Source: Acidimicrobiia bacterium
GTDB lineage: Bacteria > Actinomycetota > Acidimicrobiia > IMCC26256 > JAENVU01
DNA: 64,000 nucleotides
Assembly: GCA_031422675.1 (NCBI GenBank)
Contig: JANPMG010000013.1
Coordinates: 5,403-69,402, forward strand
Reading direction: 5' to 3'
Shown here piece after piece: positions 52,066 through 61,761 of the stretch. The notes below the pieces were generated by a model. That model had not been told where the DNA came from. It made no database searches and saw only the letters and a list, made by a program, of their open reading frames with translations. How positions within the stretch are numbered: position 1 is the first letter of the stretch; every line of letters starts with the position of its first letter. The position numbers and the translations under genes are program-made.

Positions 52066-53477
52066 CTCGCGGTCCGGTCACCGTCGGGATCGACATCGGC
52101 ACCTCGTCGGTGAAGGCGATCGCCGCGGACGAAGCCGGCAATGTCGTCGCGCGGTCACGCGTTCCCCACGAGATCCGCATCCCTGCGCCGGACCACTTCG
52201 AACACGATCCCGGCCAGGCATGGCGTGACGGCCCGCGCGCCGCGCTCCGCGCGCTGGCACTGGACTCGCCTCCCGCGGGGGTGAGCGTCTGCGCGATGGT
52301 GCCGTCGCTCACCGCAGTGGACGGCGGCGGAAATCCGCTGACGCCGGGTCTGCTCTACGGCGACGCGCGCGGCGCGGGCCCAGCCACGGGCGGCAATCCC
52401 GCCGAGACGGGTGAACTCCTCGGTTTCCTGAAGTGGGCGAAGCGCGCCGCACCGGACGCGGCTGCGTTCTGGCCGGCCACGACGATGGCGAATCACGCCC
52501 TCGCCGGTGAAGCCGTCATCGACACCACCACTGCGAGCGTGGCGTACCCGCTCTTCGATTGGACCACGTGGGACCCCGAGGTCGCGGCGGCGGTGGGGAT
52601 CACGGTGGACCAGTTGCCGCGCCTCGTCCCGACCGGTTGGTCGTGCGGCCACATCGACGGCCCGGACGGTCCGGTGCTCGCCCCCGGTTGCATCGACGTC
52701 CTCACGGACCAGATCGTGTCGGGCGCCAACGCGGTGGGCGACGTGCTCGTGCTCATGGGCACCACGCTGATCGTCAACGTCGTGACGCCGCGCCACGACC
52801 GGGTCCCCGGTCACTGGGTGATGCCGTACACCGAACCGGCACTGTTCCTCGCCGGCGGGCCCAGCAACGCCGGGGGACTCTTCATCAACTGGGCGACGAC
52901 CGTGATGGGCCTGACGACACCGATGCCGACAACGACGACGACAACGACGACGGAGACCGATGCCGATACTGGGACTGACGCCCGTCCGGCGCATCCCGAT
53001 CGGGTTCCGGTGTGGGCGCCCTACCCCCGCGGTGAACGGGTGCCGTTGCACGACCCGCACCGTCGCGGTGTCCTCGCCGATCTCGATCTCACCCACGATC
53101 GTGATGCCATTCGACGGGCCACCTTCGAGGCATCGGGTTTCGTCGCTCGGCGGATGATCGAAGCCGCCTGCACCGCCCACGGAGTAACTGCAAAGCGTAT
53201 CGTCGCGACCGGTGGTGGCACCCGAGTCACCGAGTGGGTCCAAGCCCTCGCGGACTGCACCGGACTCCCGGTCGAGTGCACCAAGGTGCCGGAAGGCGCC
53301 GCGCTCGGGTCCGCGTTCTTGGCCCGGCTCGCGGCCGGGCTCGAGACGGGACAGATGGTCGACGCCCGCCGCTGGGCCCGGCCCGGCCGTACCGTCGATC
53401 CCGACGCGCGGTGGCAGGAACCACTCGAACGCCGGTATCAGAGATTCCTCGCCCTGTCCGAGTGGCGGGCCACATGA
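52062..53477 (+). CDS. FGGY-family carbohydrate kinase (xylulokinase-like)
   Basis: 471 aa; VGIDIGTSSVKA. ATGA overlap with hisN. Contains a Thr-run insertion, PTTTTTTTTETDADTGTD. Confidence 0.85.
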   Translation: MTRGPVTVGIDIGTSSVKAIAADEAGNVVARSRVPHEIRIPAPDHFEHDPGQAWRDGPRAALRALALDSPPAGVSVCAMVPSLTAVDGGGNPLTPGLLYGDARGAGPATGGNPAETGELLGFLKWAKRAAPDAAAFWPATTMANHALAGEAVIDTTTASVAYPLFDWTTWDPEVAAAVGITVDQLPRLVPTGWSCGHIDGPDGPVLAPGCIDVLTDQIVSGANAVGDVLVLMGTTLIVNVVTPRHDRVPGHWVMPYTEPALFLAGGPSNAGGLFINWATTVMGLTTPMPTTTTTTTTETDADTGTDARPAHPDRVPVWAPYPRGERVPLHDPHRRGVLADLDLTHDRDAIRRATFEASGFVARRMIEAACTAHGVTAKRIVATGGGTRVTEWVQALADCTGLPVECTKVPEGAALGSAFLARLAAGLETGQMVDARRWARPGRTVDPDARWQEPLERRYQRFLALSEWRAT

Positions 53478-53538
53478 CGGACCACATGACGGGCGTACCA
53501 CGGCCCGCGGCACGCGCTCGGCCGTGACCACGGGGTCC

Positions 53539-53544
53539 TAGGCT
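53539..53544 (+). promoter_or_regulatory. -10-like TAGGCT, 7 nt upstream of the P450 ATG
   Basis: TANNNT; spacer 53545-53551. Confidence 0.3.
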
Positions 53545-53551
53545 GACCCGC

Positions 53552-54748
53552 ATGCCTGGTCTCACCGCCACCCCGTTCGATCCGATGGCTCAGTTCACCG
53601 GGGTGGCCGGTGACGTGCGCGATCCGTATCCGTCGTTCCACGAGAAGCGGCGCGATCGGCCGGTCGAGCTGACCGCCGACGGCAGCTATGAGGTCTATAC
53701 CTACGATCTCGTCTCGCAGGTGATGCGGGACAACGTGACGTTCGCGTCCGGTTCGATCCGGGAGTTCATGAGTGTGGTCATGGGTCCCTATCCCCTGGTG
53801 GGGATGGACGAGCCCGAGCATCGGCGGCTGCGGTCCTTGGTGGCGCAGGCCTTCCGGGCGCGGACGTTGGCGCACTGGGATCAGGACCTCGTCGTCCCGG
53901 TCGTGGACGACATGATCGACGGGTTCATCGAACGCGGCGAGGCCGACCTCGTGAGCGAGTTCACCTATCACTATCCCGCGCAGGTCATCGCGGCCATCCT
54001 CGGGTTGGCCCGCGAGGACCATGCGTTCTTCCACCCTCGCGCCCTCGCAGTGATCAACGTGGCCGTGCGACCCGAGGAAGGGATTGTGGCGAGCGAGGAG
54101 CTGCGGGACTATTTCGCCGGGGTCATGGACGAACGCCGCGCCCATCCCGGAACCGACATCATCAGCGAGCTCACCGTGGCCGAACTCGACGGCGAGCGTC
54201 TCGGCGACGAGGAGATCTTCTCCTTCTTGCGCCTGTTGCTCCCGGCCGGGGCCGAGACCACCTACCGCGCCACCGGCAGCTTCTTGCACGGGTTGCTCAC
54301 GAACCCCGATCAGTTCGACGCGTTGCGTGCGAACCGTGAGCTGATGCCCCAGGCGATCGAAGAGTCGATCCGATGGGAGGGTCCGTTGCTGATCACGTCA
54401 CGCGAATGTGCGGTGGACACCGAGATCGGTGGGACCGTCATTCCGAAGGGTGGTTTCGTGACGGTGAACATCGGGTCCGCCAATCATGACGAGACGCGAT
54501 GGGATCGGGCCGATGACTTCGACATCTTCCGGACGCCCCAGCCCCACATCGCGTTCGGTCACGGTGTGCACATGTGTCTGGGAATCCACCTGGCGCGTAT
54601 GGAGATGACGACGGCGGTCAATCGGCTGTTCGACCGGTGTCCGAACCTGCGCCCGGACCCGGACCGATGGGCCGCGGACGACGTTCATATCCACGGTGAA
54701 CGGTTCCGGTCACCGACCACGTTGCCGGTGTTGTTCGACGCGCGATGA
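53552..54748 (+). CDS. cytochrome P450
   Basis: 398 aa. EXXR (IEESIRW) and heme loop FGHGVHMCLGIHLA. Confidence 0.9.
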   Translation: MPGLTATPFDPMAQFTGVAGDVRDPYPSFHEKRRDRPVELTADGSYEVYTYDLVSQVMRDNVTFASGSIREFMSVVMGPYPLVGMDEPEHRRLRSLVAQAFRARTLAHWDQDLVVPVVDDMIDGFIERGEADLVSEFTYHYPAQVIAAILGLAREDHAFFHPRALAVINVAVRPEEGIVASEELRDYFAGVMDERRAHPGTDIISELTVAELDGERLGDEEIFSFLRLLLPAGAETTYRATGSFLHGLLTNPDQFDALRANRELMPQAIEESIRWEGPLLITSRECAVDTEIGGTVIPKGGFVTVNIGSANHDETRWDRADDFDIFRTPQPHIAFGHGVHMCLGIHLARMEMTTAVNRLFDRCPNLRPDPDRWAADDVHIHGERFRSPTTLPVLFDAR

Positions 54749-55152
54749 CCGGCTCACGATTGATCGACACGCCGGCCGAGTCGTCGTCCCCGCCGTGGCG
54801 CATGATCGCGTTGATGGGGGGCGCCGGTGTCACCCACTTCACGAACCCCGGTTTCTACGACCCGATCGTGCCGCGCTGGATGCCCGGCAAGGCACGGACC
54901 TGGACCTATCTGAGCGGCGCCGCCGAACTCGCCTGCGCCGGTTTGATGTTGCATCCGCGCACCCGTCGCTACGGAGGTGGCGCCTCGCTGGTCACCATCC
55001 TCGGGGTGTGGCCCGCGAACTGGCAGATGGCGCTCGACGGTGGCATGAAGGACGCGAAGCCGCCGATGGATTCGGCGGCGGTGGCCTGGATCCGGCTCCC
55101 GATGCAGCTGCCGATGCTCTGGGGCGCGTTGAAGGTGGCACGCGGCCGCTGA
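54745..55152 (+). CDS. DoxX-like small integral membrane protein
   Basis: 135 aa. HFTNPGFYDPIVPRWMPG..WTYLSGAAELACAG pattern. ATGA overlap with the P450. Confidence 0.6.
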   Translation: MTGSRLIDTPAESSSPPWRMIALMGGAGVTHFTNPGFYDPIVPRWMPGKARTWTYLSGAAELACAGLMLHPRTRRYGGGASLVTILGVWPANWQMALDGGMKDAKPPMDSAAVAWIRLPMQLPMLWGALKVARGR

Positions 55153-55162
55153 GCGTTCCGAG

Positions 55163-55178
55163 CGCCCCGACTGGGGCG
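55163..55178 (+). terminator. GC hairpin (CGCCCC-GACT-GGGGCG) 11 nt after the stop; weak terminator candidate
   Basis: 6-bp stem, 4-nt loop, no U tract. Confidence 0.25.
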
Positions 55179-55221
55179 GTGCAAAACGCGCTCAGAAGCG
55201 CCCGTTCAAGAACGCCCGTGC

Positions 55222-56460
55222 TCAGAAACGTCGGCCGACCGCGTGGGGGCTTCCGGGTAGAGGAAGCGGCTGACGGAACAGCGCGGCGGCGTTCTCGTGG
55301 CTGATCTTCGCAAGTTCGTCGGCAGGGAGGTGACCGAAGACTTCGGCGAAGACGGCCTGCGAATCGGGCCAGGTCCCGTCACCGTGGGGGTAGTCGGTCT
55401 CGAACATGATGTGGTCGACGCCGATCGTGGCCCGGGTCACCAGCGTCGACGGATCGTCGATGGTGCAGAACCAGAAGTTCTCTCGCAGGACGTCGGCCGG
55501 CCGGCGGTCGCCCGGGAAGTAGTGGCCGTAGCCCGACCGATCGACCAGGTTCTGCAATCGGTCGTGCAACATCGCCACCCAGCCGATGCCGCCTTCACTC
55601 ATCGCGATCCTCAACCCCGGATGGCGCACGGGGTATCCGGACCACAGCCATTCGGCGCAGGCCGAGAGCGAGAGCTGGCCGAAGAGGGTGGCCGCGAGCG
55701 GCACCATCGGCGCGTCGGACGGCATCGCCGCCACGCCCGTGGATCCCACGTGGAGACAGATCACGGTCCCCGTTTCGGCGCACGCATCGATGATGGGGTC
55801 CCACCAGCCGGAGAAGATGGACGGGAGGTCGATGCGGTGCGGTTGCTCCGGCAGGGTGACTGCGGTGAATCCGCGCGCCGCATTCCGCCGGATCTCGGCG
55901 GCGCCGAGTGTGGGGTCACCGAGGAACGTGATGCCCATCGGCACGATGCGCTCTGGGTAGGCCGTGTGCCACTCGTCGAAGAACCAGTCGTTCCACGCGC
56001 GAGTCACCGCGAGCCCGAGTTCGGGATCCGAAGCACGTGAGAACACCGAGCCGCAGAAGCCGGTGATCTGACTCGGGAAGTTCACCGACGCCCATACGCC
56101 GTTGATGTCCATGTCCCGTATTCGCGCGTCGATGTCGTAGCAGCCGGGGCGCATGTCCGCGAAGCGGGTCGGCTCGACGAGCCAGTCCCGCCGGTCCCGG
56201 CCGACCACCGCGTTCAGCCCGACCTGAAAATGGATCCGACTGTCGAACTCCCAGACCTCGTGACCGTCGGCGGTCTCGATCACGCGCGGCGCGTCCGCCT
56301 GAAGTTTCGAGGGCAGTCGACCGGCGAACATCCCGGGTGGTTCGACGAGATGATCGTCGACGGAAATGAGCGTGTGGCGGATCGGGCGGGGTTCGGGATC
56401 GGGAAGGCGGGCATGGGTTTCGGAGCGCCGCCAGTGCAGATCCCATGGGGTTTCGGTCAC
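55222..56460 (-). CDS. amidohydrolase_2 family protein, paralog 3
   Basis: 412 aa from VTETPWDL; SVDDHLVEP, RPGCYD, NDWFFDEW, VICLHVGST, SEGGIGW, ETDYPHGDGTWPD. GAGAGG SD 7 nt upstream of GTG 56460. Confidence 0.85.
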   Translation of the reverse strand: MTETPWDLHWRRSETHARLPDPEPRPIRHTLISVDDHLVEPPGMFAGRLPSKLQADAPRVIETADGHEVWEFDSRIHFQVGLNAVVGRDRRDWLVEPTRFADMRPGCYDIDARIRDMDINGVWASVNFPSQITGFCGSVFSRASDPELGLAVTRAWNDWFFDEWHTAYPERIVPMGITFLGDPTLGAAEIRRNAARGFTAVTLPEQPHRIDLPSIFSGWWDPIIDACAETGTVICLHVGSTGVAAMPSDAPMVPLAATLFGQLSLSACAEWLWSGYPVRHPGLRIAMSEGGIGWVAMLHDRLQNLVDRSGYGHYFPGDRRPADVLRENFWFCTIDDPSTLVTRATIGVDHIMFETDYPHGDGTWPDSQAVFAEVFGHLPADELAKISHENAAALFRQPLPLPGSPHAVGRRF

Positions 56461-56558
56461 CGCCGGCCTCTCATGACGCCATTTTGGCACCGGTCCGCGC
56501 CCCCTGAGACGGCCGCGCCTACCGTTCCGCGCGCCAGCAGACTTCCGGGGAGCAGGCG

Positions 56559-57149
56559 ATGGGTGCACGAGGTCGGCGAGTTCGGATCGGTATGGGGCGG
56601 GCCGCCGTCGTGATCGCGGTGGGATTGGTGCTGGGATTCACCGGGTGCGGGAGCAGTTCCGGGTCGTCGGGTGCCGGCGACGGGTCGACGTCGACGAGCT
56701 CGACGAGTCGCCGCGAATCCACTGCGCCTGCCGGCGGGAGCGGAGAAATCAAGGACTTGTGCACGGTCATCACGGCCGCGGATGCGGCGACGGTCTTCGG
56801 CCAGAGTGCGCAGGAGACGGAAGCGTCGGATGCGGATCCGCTCGTGTCGGGCGTCTGCCTGTATCGCTTCGCGGGCGACGATCCCACCGGCCGGAACCTG
56901 CTCCAGATTCGCACCTATCCGGGACCCCAGTTTTACGGCGACGGGCTCTACCCGCAGCGACAGTCATTGTCCGGGCTGGGGACCAAGGCATTCAAGGTGG
57001 TGAACCCTGCCGCGCGCACGATCTCGATCCAGTTCGTGAAGGATGGCACGACGGGGACGATCGACTACTCGGCCGCGATCGGAGTGGACTTGCTGCCTCG
57101 GGAGGCGCCGCTCGTCAAGATCGCGAACAAGCTCGCCGCGAGCGTGTGA
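56559..57149 (+). CDS. putative lipoprotein, unknown function
   Basis: 196 aa. Lipobox LGFTGC, then a Ser/Gly-rich linker. GGAG 7 nt upstream. Confidence 0.6.
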   Translation: MGARGRRVRIGMGRAAVVIAVGLVLGFTGCGSSSGSSGAGDGSTSTSSTSRRESTAPAGGSGEIKDLCTVITAADAATVFGQSAQETEASDADPLVSGVCLYRFAGDDPTGRNLLQIRTYPGPQFYGDGLYPQRQSLSGLGTKAFKVVNPAARTISIQFVKDGTTGTIDYSAAIGVDLLPREAPLVKIANKLAASV

Positions 57150-57217
57150 ACGCCGGGCGTGTGGGGCTACCTGCGTCGACCGCTAACTTGCGAGGCACAT
57201 CGAGAAGGGAACGGTCT

Positions 57218-57427
57218 GTGGCACTGTCGATCGAAATCAACCGCGAGATCTGCATGGGTTCGGGAAACTGCTCTTTCTGGGCGCCGGCCGTCTTCGACCT
57301 CGATGACGACGGCATCGCGTTCGTCGTTGATGCCGCCGGTGACTCGGAAGACAAGGTGATCCTGGCCGCCCAGGGATGTCCCACGCAGGCCATCGCGGTC
57401 ACGCGCGACGGTGAAAAGGTCGTGTGA
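57218..57427 (+). CDS. small single-cluster ferredoxin (P450-associated type)
   Basis: 69 aa, VALSIEINREICMGSGNCSFWAPAVFDLDDDG...QGCPTQAI. GTG start with an AAGGGA SD-like sequence upstream. Confidence 0.8.
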   Translation: MALSIEINREICMGSGNCSFWAPAVFDLDDDGIAFVVDAAGDSEDKVILAAQGCPTQAIAVTRDGEKVV

Positions 57428-57466
57428 GCGCACGGCCCGCAGGTCACCCGCGCCACGATCGGTGAC

Positions 57467-58789
57467 GTGATGGCCGAACTCGATGTCTCGCGGCTGGTCC
57501 GCGGCGCCCGCACGAACCTGCGCCGTCGGATGGCGCGCCGACCGATCGCGTTCGTGCTGAGTGGCGGTGGTTCGCAGGGAAGTTTCGAAGTCGGTGTGCT
57601 TCGCTACTTGTACGACGACGTCGGGCTGCGTCCGTCGATCCTCGTCGGTTCTTCGGTCGGTGCGATCATCGCGGCCAAGCTCGCCGAGGGGGAGGACGAC
57701 GAGACCGGCCGTCACCCCATCGACGAACTCGAGACGATCTGGCGGGGCCTGAAATCAAACCGCGACATGTGGCTCACCGAGCCCTGGCTCGACAAGCTGC
57801 GCGCCCAGGCCACCTGGGCATCGGAGCTGCGCGGGCGCGCCGGCGAGCACGGGAGCGCGGGGAGCCAGGCGCGCGTCGTGATGCGAATGTTGGGCGAGAT
57901 CGTGCGCCATCCGCCGGAGACAGACGGGACGGTGGAGGCGTTACGCGCCGCGCTACGCGCGAAGTCTCTCCTCAATATGGACCCGGTGCGCGCCATCGTG
58001 GAACAACATGTCTCGCCCGAGTTGATGCAGCAATCGGGACTCACGCTGCGGGTGGGTGCGGTGAGTCTCGAGAGTGGCGAGCTCCGCTACATCGACGAGC
58101 ACGGACGGATGTACGAACGCAGCGGATCGGCGCTCGATGTGCCACCCGTGCCCGTGCTCGATGCCATCCTGGCGTCCGCTTCGATCCCGGTGGTGTTCCC
58201 GCCGAAGCTGATGGGAGGGGAGCACTACGTGGACGGTGGCGTCCGTGAGATCCTGCCGTTGGCCCTGGCGTTCAACGGGCTCGGAGCCGGACACATCTTC
58301 GCGGTGGTGGCGTCGACGCCGGGCGTGGACCCGTGGTCCGACGCGGGGGATCGGGGTCTGCTCGAGATCGCTCGGCGCGTCTCCGCCGACATCGCGCCGG
58401 ACGAGACGTTGCTCAAGGAGATCGATCCGCCGCGGGGTTGGGGTCGCCGGGTCACCGTCATCGTGCCGGAACTGGACGTTCACGACGCCCTGACCATCGA
58501 TCCCGAGTTGATCGCGGCGTCGATCGACTACGGGTACATGCGGGCGGCCGATGTGTTGTTGGATCTCGACCCAGAACAGTGCGCGCTCAGCGCGGAGATC
58601 GCGCGCACGCGAATGCGGTTGCGCTCGGCGCGCGGTCCGGTGCCCGGTCTGCTGTCATCCGAGCTCGCCGCAGTACTTGCGGACCCTGATGCGGAGTCAC
58701 GCGAGCTCGCGAACTTGGCCCGCTTGGTCGAAGCCCGCTGCGCCGCGGGCGCGCCGATCGCACCCGGCGGCTGTGGCCTTGATGAGTGA
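57467..58789 (+). CDS. patatin-like phospholipase
   Basis: 440 aa. GGGSQG oxyanion loop, GSSVG (GxSxG), DGG (YVDGGV). GTG 57467 or the adjacent ATG 57470. Confidence 0.85.
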   Translation: MMAELDVSRLVRGARTNLRRRMARRPIAFVLSGGGSQGSFEVGVLRYLYDDVGLRPSILVGSSVGAIIAAKLAEGEDDETGRHPIDELETIWRGLKSNRDMWLTEPWLDKLRAQATWASELRGRAGEHGSAGSQARVVMRMLGEIVRHPPETDGTVEALRAALRAKSLLNMDPVRAIVEQHVSPELMQQSGLTLRVGAVSLESGELRYIDEHGRMYERSGSALDVPPVPVLDAILASASIPVVFPPKLMGGEHYVDGGVREILPLALAFNGLGAGHIFAVVASTPGVDPWSDAGDRGLLEIARRVSADIAPDETLLKEIDPPRGWGRRVTVIVPELDVHDALTIDPELIAASIDYGYMRAADVLLDLDPEQCALSAEIARTRMRLRSARGPVPGLLSSELAAVLADPDAESRELANLARLVEARCAAGAPIAPGGCGLDE

Positions 58790-58798
58790 CCCCGGCCG

Positions 58799-60061
58799 GT
58801 GATCTCACGCCGCCAGGCCTTCGGACTCACTGCGTTGACTCTGGTCGGTTCGGCCGTCCTTCAGCTCGCGGTCTATCGAAACGGTGGCCACGACGCACTC
58901 GGTGACATCCCCGGCCGCTTCTTCGCCTGGCGCCTGCGTCCCGATGCGCTTCCGTATCTCGACCGACCGGTGGAGTATCCGGCGGTCATCGGCGCCGTGG
59001 GCTACCTCACTGCGCTCGTCGGGCGGACGGCGACGAGCTTCTTCGCGTTGACCGCGCTGATGAGCGCCGGGCTCGCTTTCTTCATGACCCGGCTGCTGCA
59101 TTCTCACGCGCCGGATCGGATCCTCCGATGGGCCGCTGGGCTCCCGGTGCTGCTGTACGCATTTCACAACTGGGATCTCTTCGCCATGGTGCCCGCGGTC
59201 CTCGGGATCCTGGCGTACCGGCGCGGCGCGGATCGGTGCGCCGGCGCGTGGCTCGGCCTCGGGTTCTCGACGAAGTTGTTTCCCGGTCTGATGTTGGCGC
59301 CGTTGGTGGTGGCGCGCTGGTGCGAAGGCGATCGCCGGGGTGCCCGGCGGCTCGCCGCGAGCGGAATCGGGGTCACGCTCGCGGTGAACGCGCCGGTCGC
59401 GTTGGCATCGTGGAGCGGTTGGAGCTTCCCGGCCCGGTTTCAGGGCGCCCGGCGAGCGACGTGGGGCAGTCTCATCTCGTGGATCACGTCGCCTCCCTGG
59501 GACGTCCCGCAGATCACCGAGTTCGCCGACCCGGCCAGCACCGCGAACATCATCGCCTTCGTCCTGCTCGGACTCGGCCTGGCCGCGGTGACGGTCCTCG
59601 GTGTGCGTCGCCGGCTGGACGCGGCCGCCATCGGCGTGGCTGCCGTTGCCGTGTTCCTCCTGAGCAACAAGGTCTACTCACCGAACTACGACTTCTGGCT
59701 CGTCCCGTTCTTCGTGCTGGTGCCGTTCGCGCGGCGGCAGTGGGTGGCGTTCTGCGCGGCGGATCTGGGCATGTTCGTGGTGGTGTTCGGTCGGTTCCAT
59801 GGACTCGTCGAGCCGAGCGTCGCCGGAAATCTCGTCCCGGTGTTCACGTTCAGCCGGGCGGTGATCCTCGTGTGGTTGATCGCGACCGCGCTGGGCGGGG
59901 GAAGCCGAGGCGCCAAGAGTCCGAGTCGTATGAGCGGAACACCGAAGCGAGGCGTCAGCAAGTCCGAGTCCAGCCGATCATTCGCCGAGCGGGGCCCGAG
60001 CGGCCTGCGACGGAGTCGTATGAGCGGAAATTTGGTTCAGCGGGCGCCGCGAATGAGCTGA
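58799..60061 (+). CDS. polytopic membrane protein, GT-C/DUF2029 (GT87-like) glycosyltransferase candidate
   Basis: 420 aa, about 10 TM, periplasmic-loop motif LDRPVEYPAVIG. The basic Ser-rich 50-aa tail is encoded by repeat DNA and overlaps the convergent gene by 25 nt. Confidence 0.55.
   Translation: MISRRQAFGLTALTLVGSAVLQLAVYRNGGHDALGDIPGRFFAWRLRPDALPYLDRPVEYPAVIGAVGYLTALVGRTATSFFALTALMSAGLAFFMTRLLHSHAPDRILRWAAGLPVLLYAFHNWDLFAMVPAVLGILAYRRGADRCAGAWLGLGFSTKLFPGLMLAPLVVARWCEGDRRGARRLAASGIGVTLAVNAPVALASWSGWSFPARFQGARRATWGSLISWITSPPWDVPQITEFADPASTANIIAFVLLGLGLAAVTVLGVRRRLDAAAIGVAAVAVFLLSNKVYSPNYDFWLVPFFVLVPFARRQWVAFCAADLGMFVVVFGRFHGLVEPSVAGNLVPVFTFSRAVILVWLIATALGGGSRGAKSPSRMSGTPKRGVSKSESSRSFAERGPSGLRRSRMSGNLVQRAPRMS
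59918..60029. repeat. cluster of short direct repeats (17-mer GAGTCGTATGAGCGGAA x2, 10-mer AGTCCGAGTC x2, GAGCGG x4)
   Basis: 17-mer at 59923-59939 and 60013-60029 (90 nt apart, in frame). 10-mer at 59918-59927 and 59961-59970. Confidence 0.8.
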
Positions 60062-61761
60062 CCGGGGCGGGCGCCGGTGTCCTCGCCGCCTTCTAGCGTG
60101 ACCGCACCCGCCAAGATCGTCGCGACGTACCCGTCGGCCTTCTGGATGAAGCGCCGGGCATCGCCGGGGAGGTCGTGCGCCATCTCGGGCGCGTGGAGCG
60201 CCAACCCGTCGTGATCGATCACGTTCAGGTCGGCGCGCATCCCGGGCGCCACGATCCCGCGATCGCCGAGACCGTAAAGAGATGCGGTTTCGGACGTCAT
60301 CTTGCGGACCACCCATTCGAGGGGGAGTTGGTCGTGGTCGCGGTCTCGGGCCCAGTGGGTGAGCATGAAGGTGGGAGTGGATGCGTCGCACGTGGTGCCG
60401 CAGTGGGCACCGCCGTCACCGAGTCCCCACGCACTGGTGGGATGGAGCAACATTTCACGCACGGCGTCGAGGTTGGAGTCGGTGTAGTTCAACAACGGTC
60501 GCATGATGAGCGCGCGGCCGTCGTCCTCCATGAGGAGTTCGAGATATACCTCGTACACGTCGCGTCCGGCGCGCGCGGCGCGCCCCGCCACACTGTCGGC
60601 CGGGTCCGGCTCGTAGTTCGGTGGGTCGCCGAGCGGGTACGCGCGCGACGGGTCGAGGAACTGGCCCATCGCGGGATCCGGGATGGACGCCTCGGCGATG
60701 AGCCGAGCGCGTAGCTCCGGATTCGCGCGCAGGCGACCGACGCGATCGGCCACGGACAGCAGCCCGATCTCGGCCCAGCTCGGGCAGTACGCGAACGGGT
60801 GAAAGGTCTGGATCCCGAGGAGCAACGTCACCGGGCGCCCCGCCACCTGCGGCCGCACCTGCGCGCCTTCGGCCCGCGCCGCGCCGGCGAGCGCCAACAT
60901 CGACCGCCAGCTTTCGGGGTCGTGGTCGTTCTGCGTGAGCGCGAACGTGACCGGCCGGCCGATCGCGGCCGAGAGTCGGCGCATCCAGTCCATCTCCCGA
61001 TCCGGGGCGGCGAGATCCTCGCCGAGCGCGCCGGCCGGCGCGAGTTCGAAGAGCCCGGCCCCCACATCGGCGAGCGCCTGACCGATCCCGAACAACTCGT
61101 CTTCGGCCGCGTAGGTGCCGGGGACCGGTTCACCGTCGATTGCCATGTGCGCAATCGTGCGTGACGTCGAAACGCCGAGGGCCCCCGCCCGGATCGCTTC
61201 GCGCACGATGTCCGCCATCTGCTCGATGTCGTCGGGGTTGGCCGGCTGGTTCCGTGCACCGCGATCGCCCATCACGTACGCCCGGACTGCGCCGTGGGGG
61301 ATCTGGGAACCGATGTCGATTGCCTTCGGAAGCTGTTCGACGGCGTCGAGATACTCGGGGTAGGTCTCCCATCCCCACTGAATGCCTTCGGACAGCGCGG
61401 CACCGGGAATGTCCTCCACGCCCTCCATCAGTCCGATCAGCCACTCGTGCTTGTCGGGGCGGGCGGGTGCGAAGCCCACGCCGCAGTTCCCCATCACCAC
61501 GGTCGTGACGCCGTGCCAGCACGATGGCGTGAGCAGCGGATCCCAGGTGATCTGGCCGTCGAAGTGGGTGTGGACGTCCACGAACCCAGGGGTGACGAGC
61601 AGCCCGTCGGCGTCGATCGTGCGGGTCGCGTTCGTCCCGGCCAGCGTGCCCGGTGCCGCCACCTCCGTGATGTGACCGCCATCCACGGCGATGTCGGCCG
61701 CGCGCGGCGCCGCTCCGGTTCCGTCGACGAGCGTGCCGCCGGTGATCACGAGATCGGCCAT
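60037..61761 (-). CDS. N-acyl-D-amino-acid deacylase (D-aminoacylase)-family amidohydrolase
   Basis: 574 aa from [36 protein letters not shown]. The upstream 360 codons of the track ORF are a shadow of the plus-strand ACAD. Confidence 0.85.
   Translation of the reverse strand: MADLVITGGTLVDGTGAAPRAADIAVDGGHITEVAAPGTLAGTNATRTIDADGLLVTPGFVDVHTHFDGQITWDPLLTPSCWHGVTTVVMGNCGVGFAPARPDKHEWLIGLMEGVEDIPGAALSEGIQWGWETYPEYLDAVEQLPKAIDIGSQIPHGAVRAYVMGDRGARNQPANPDDIEQMADIVREAIRAGALGVSTSRTIAHMAIDGEPVPGTYAAEDELFGIGQALADVGAGLFELAPAGALGEDLAAPDREMDWMRRLSAAIGRPVTFALTQNDHDPESWRSMLALAGAARAEGAQVRPQVAGRPVTLLLGIQTFHPFAYCPSWAEIGLLSVADRVGRLRANPELRARLIAEASIPDPAMGQFLDPSRAYPLGDPPNYEPDPADSVAGRAARAGRDVYEVYLELLMEDDGRALIMRPLLNYTDSNLDAVREMLLHPTSAWGLGDGGAHCGTTCDASTPTFMLTHWARDRDHDQLPLEWVVRKMTSETASLYGLGDRGIVAPGMRADLNVIDHDGLALHAPEMAHDLPGDARRFIQKADGYVATILAGAVTLEGGEDTGARPGQLIRGAR

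Noticed and set aside
52915-52985. Thr-run / acidic insertion (PTTTTTTTTETDADTGTD) inside the FGGY kinase, encoded by ACGACG-type microrepeats
   Set aside because: This is a low-complexity linker-like insertion, probably slippage-derived. It is in frame and shows no evidence of a separate function. It is worth only a length comparison among strains.
55179-55221. GCTCAGAA / AAAACG-containing direct repeats after the DoxX-like gene, considered as another member of the 53-nt palindrome family
   Set aside because: The shared blocks (CAAAAC, GCGC, CTCAG) occur in a different order from the 40888/41972 element, and no hairpin can be drawn. The resemblance is probably compositional.
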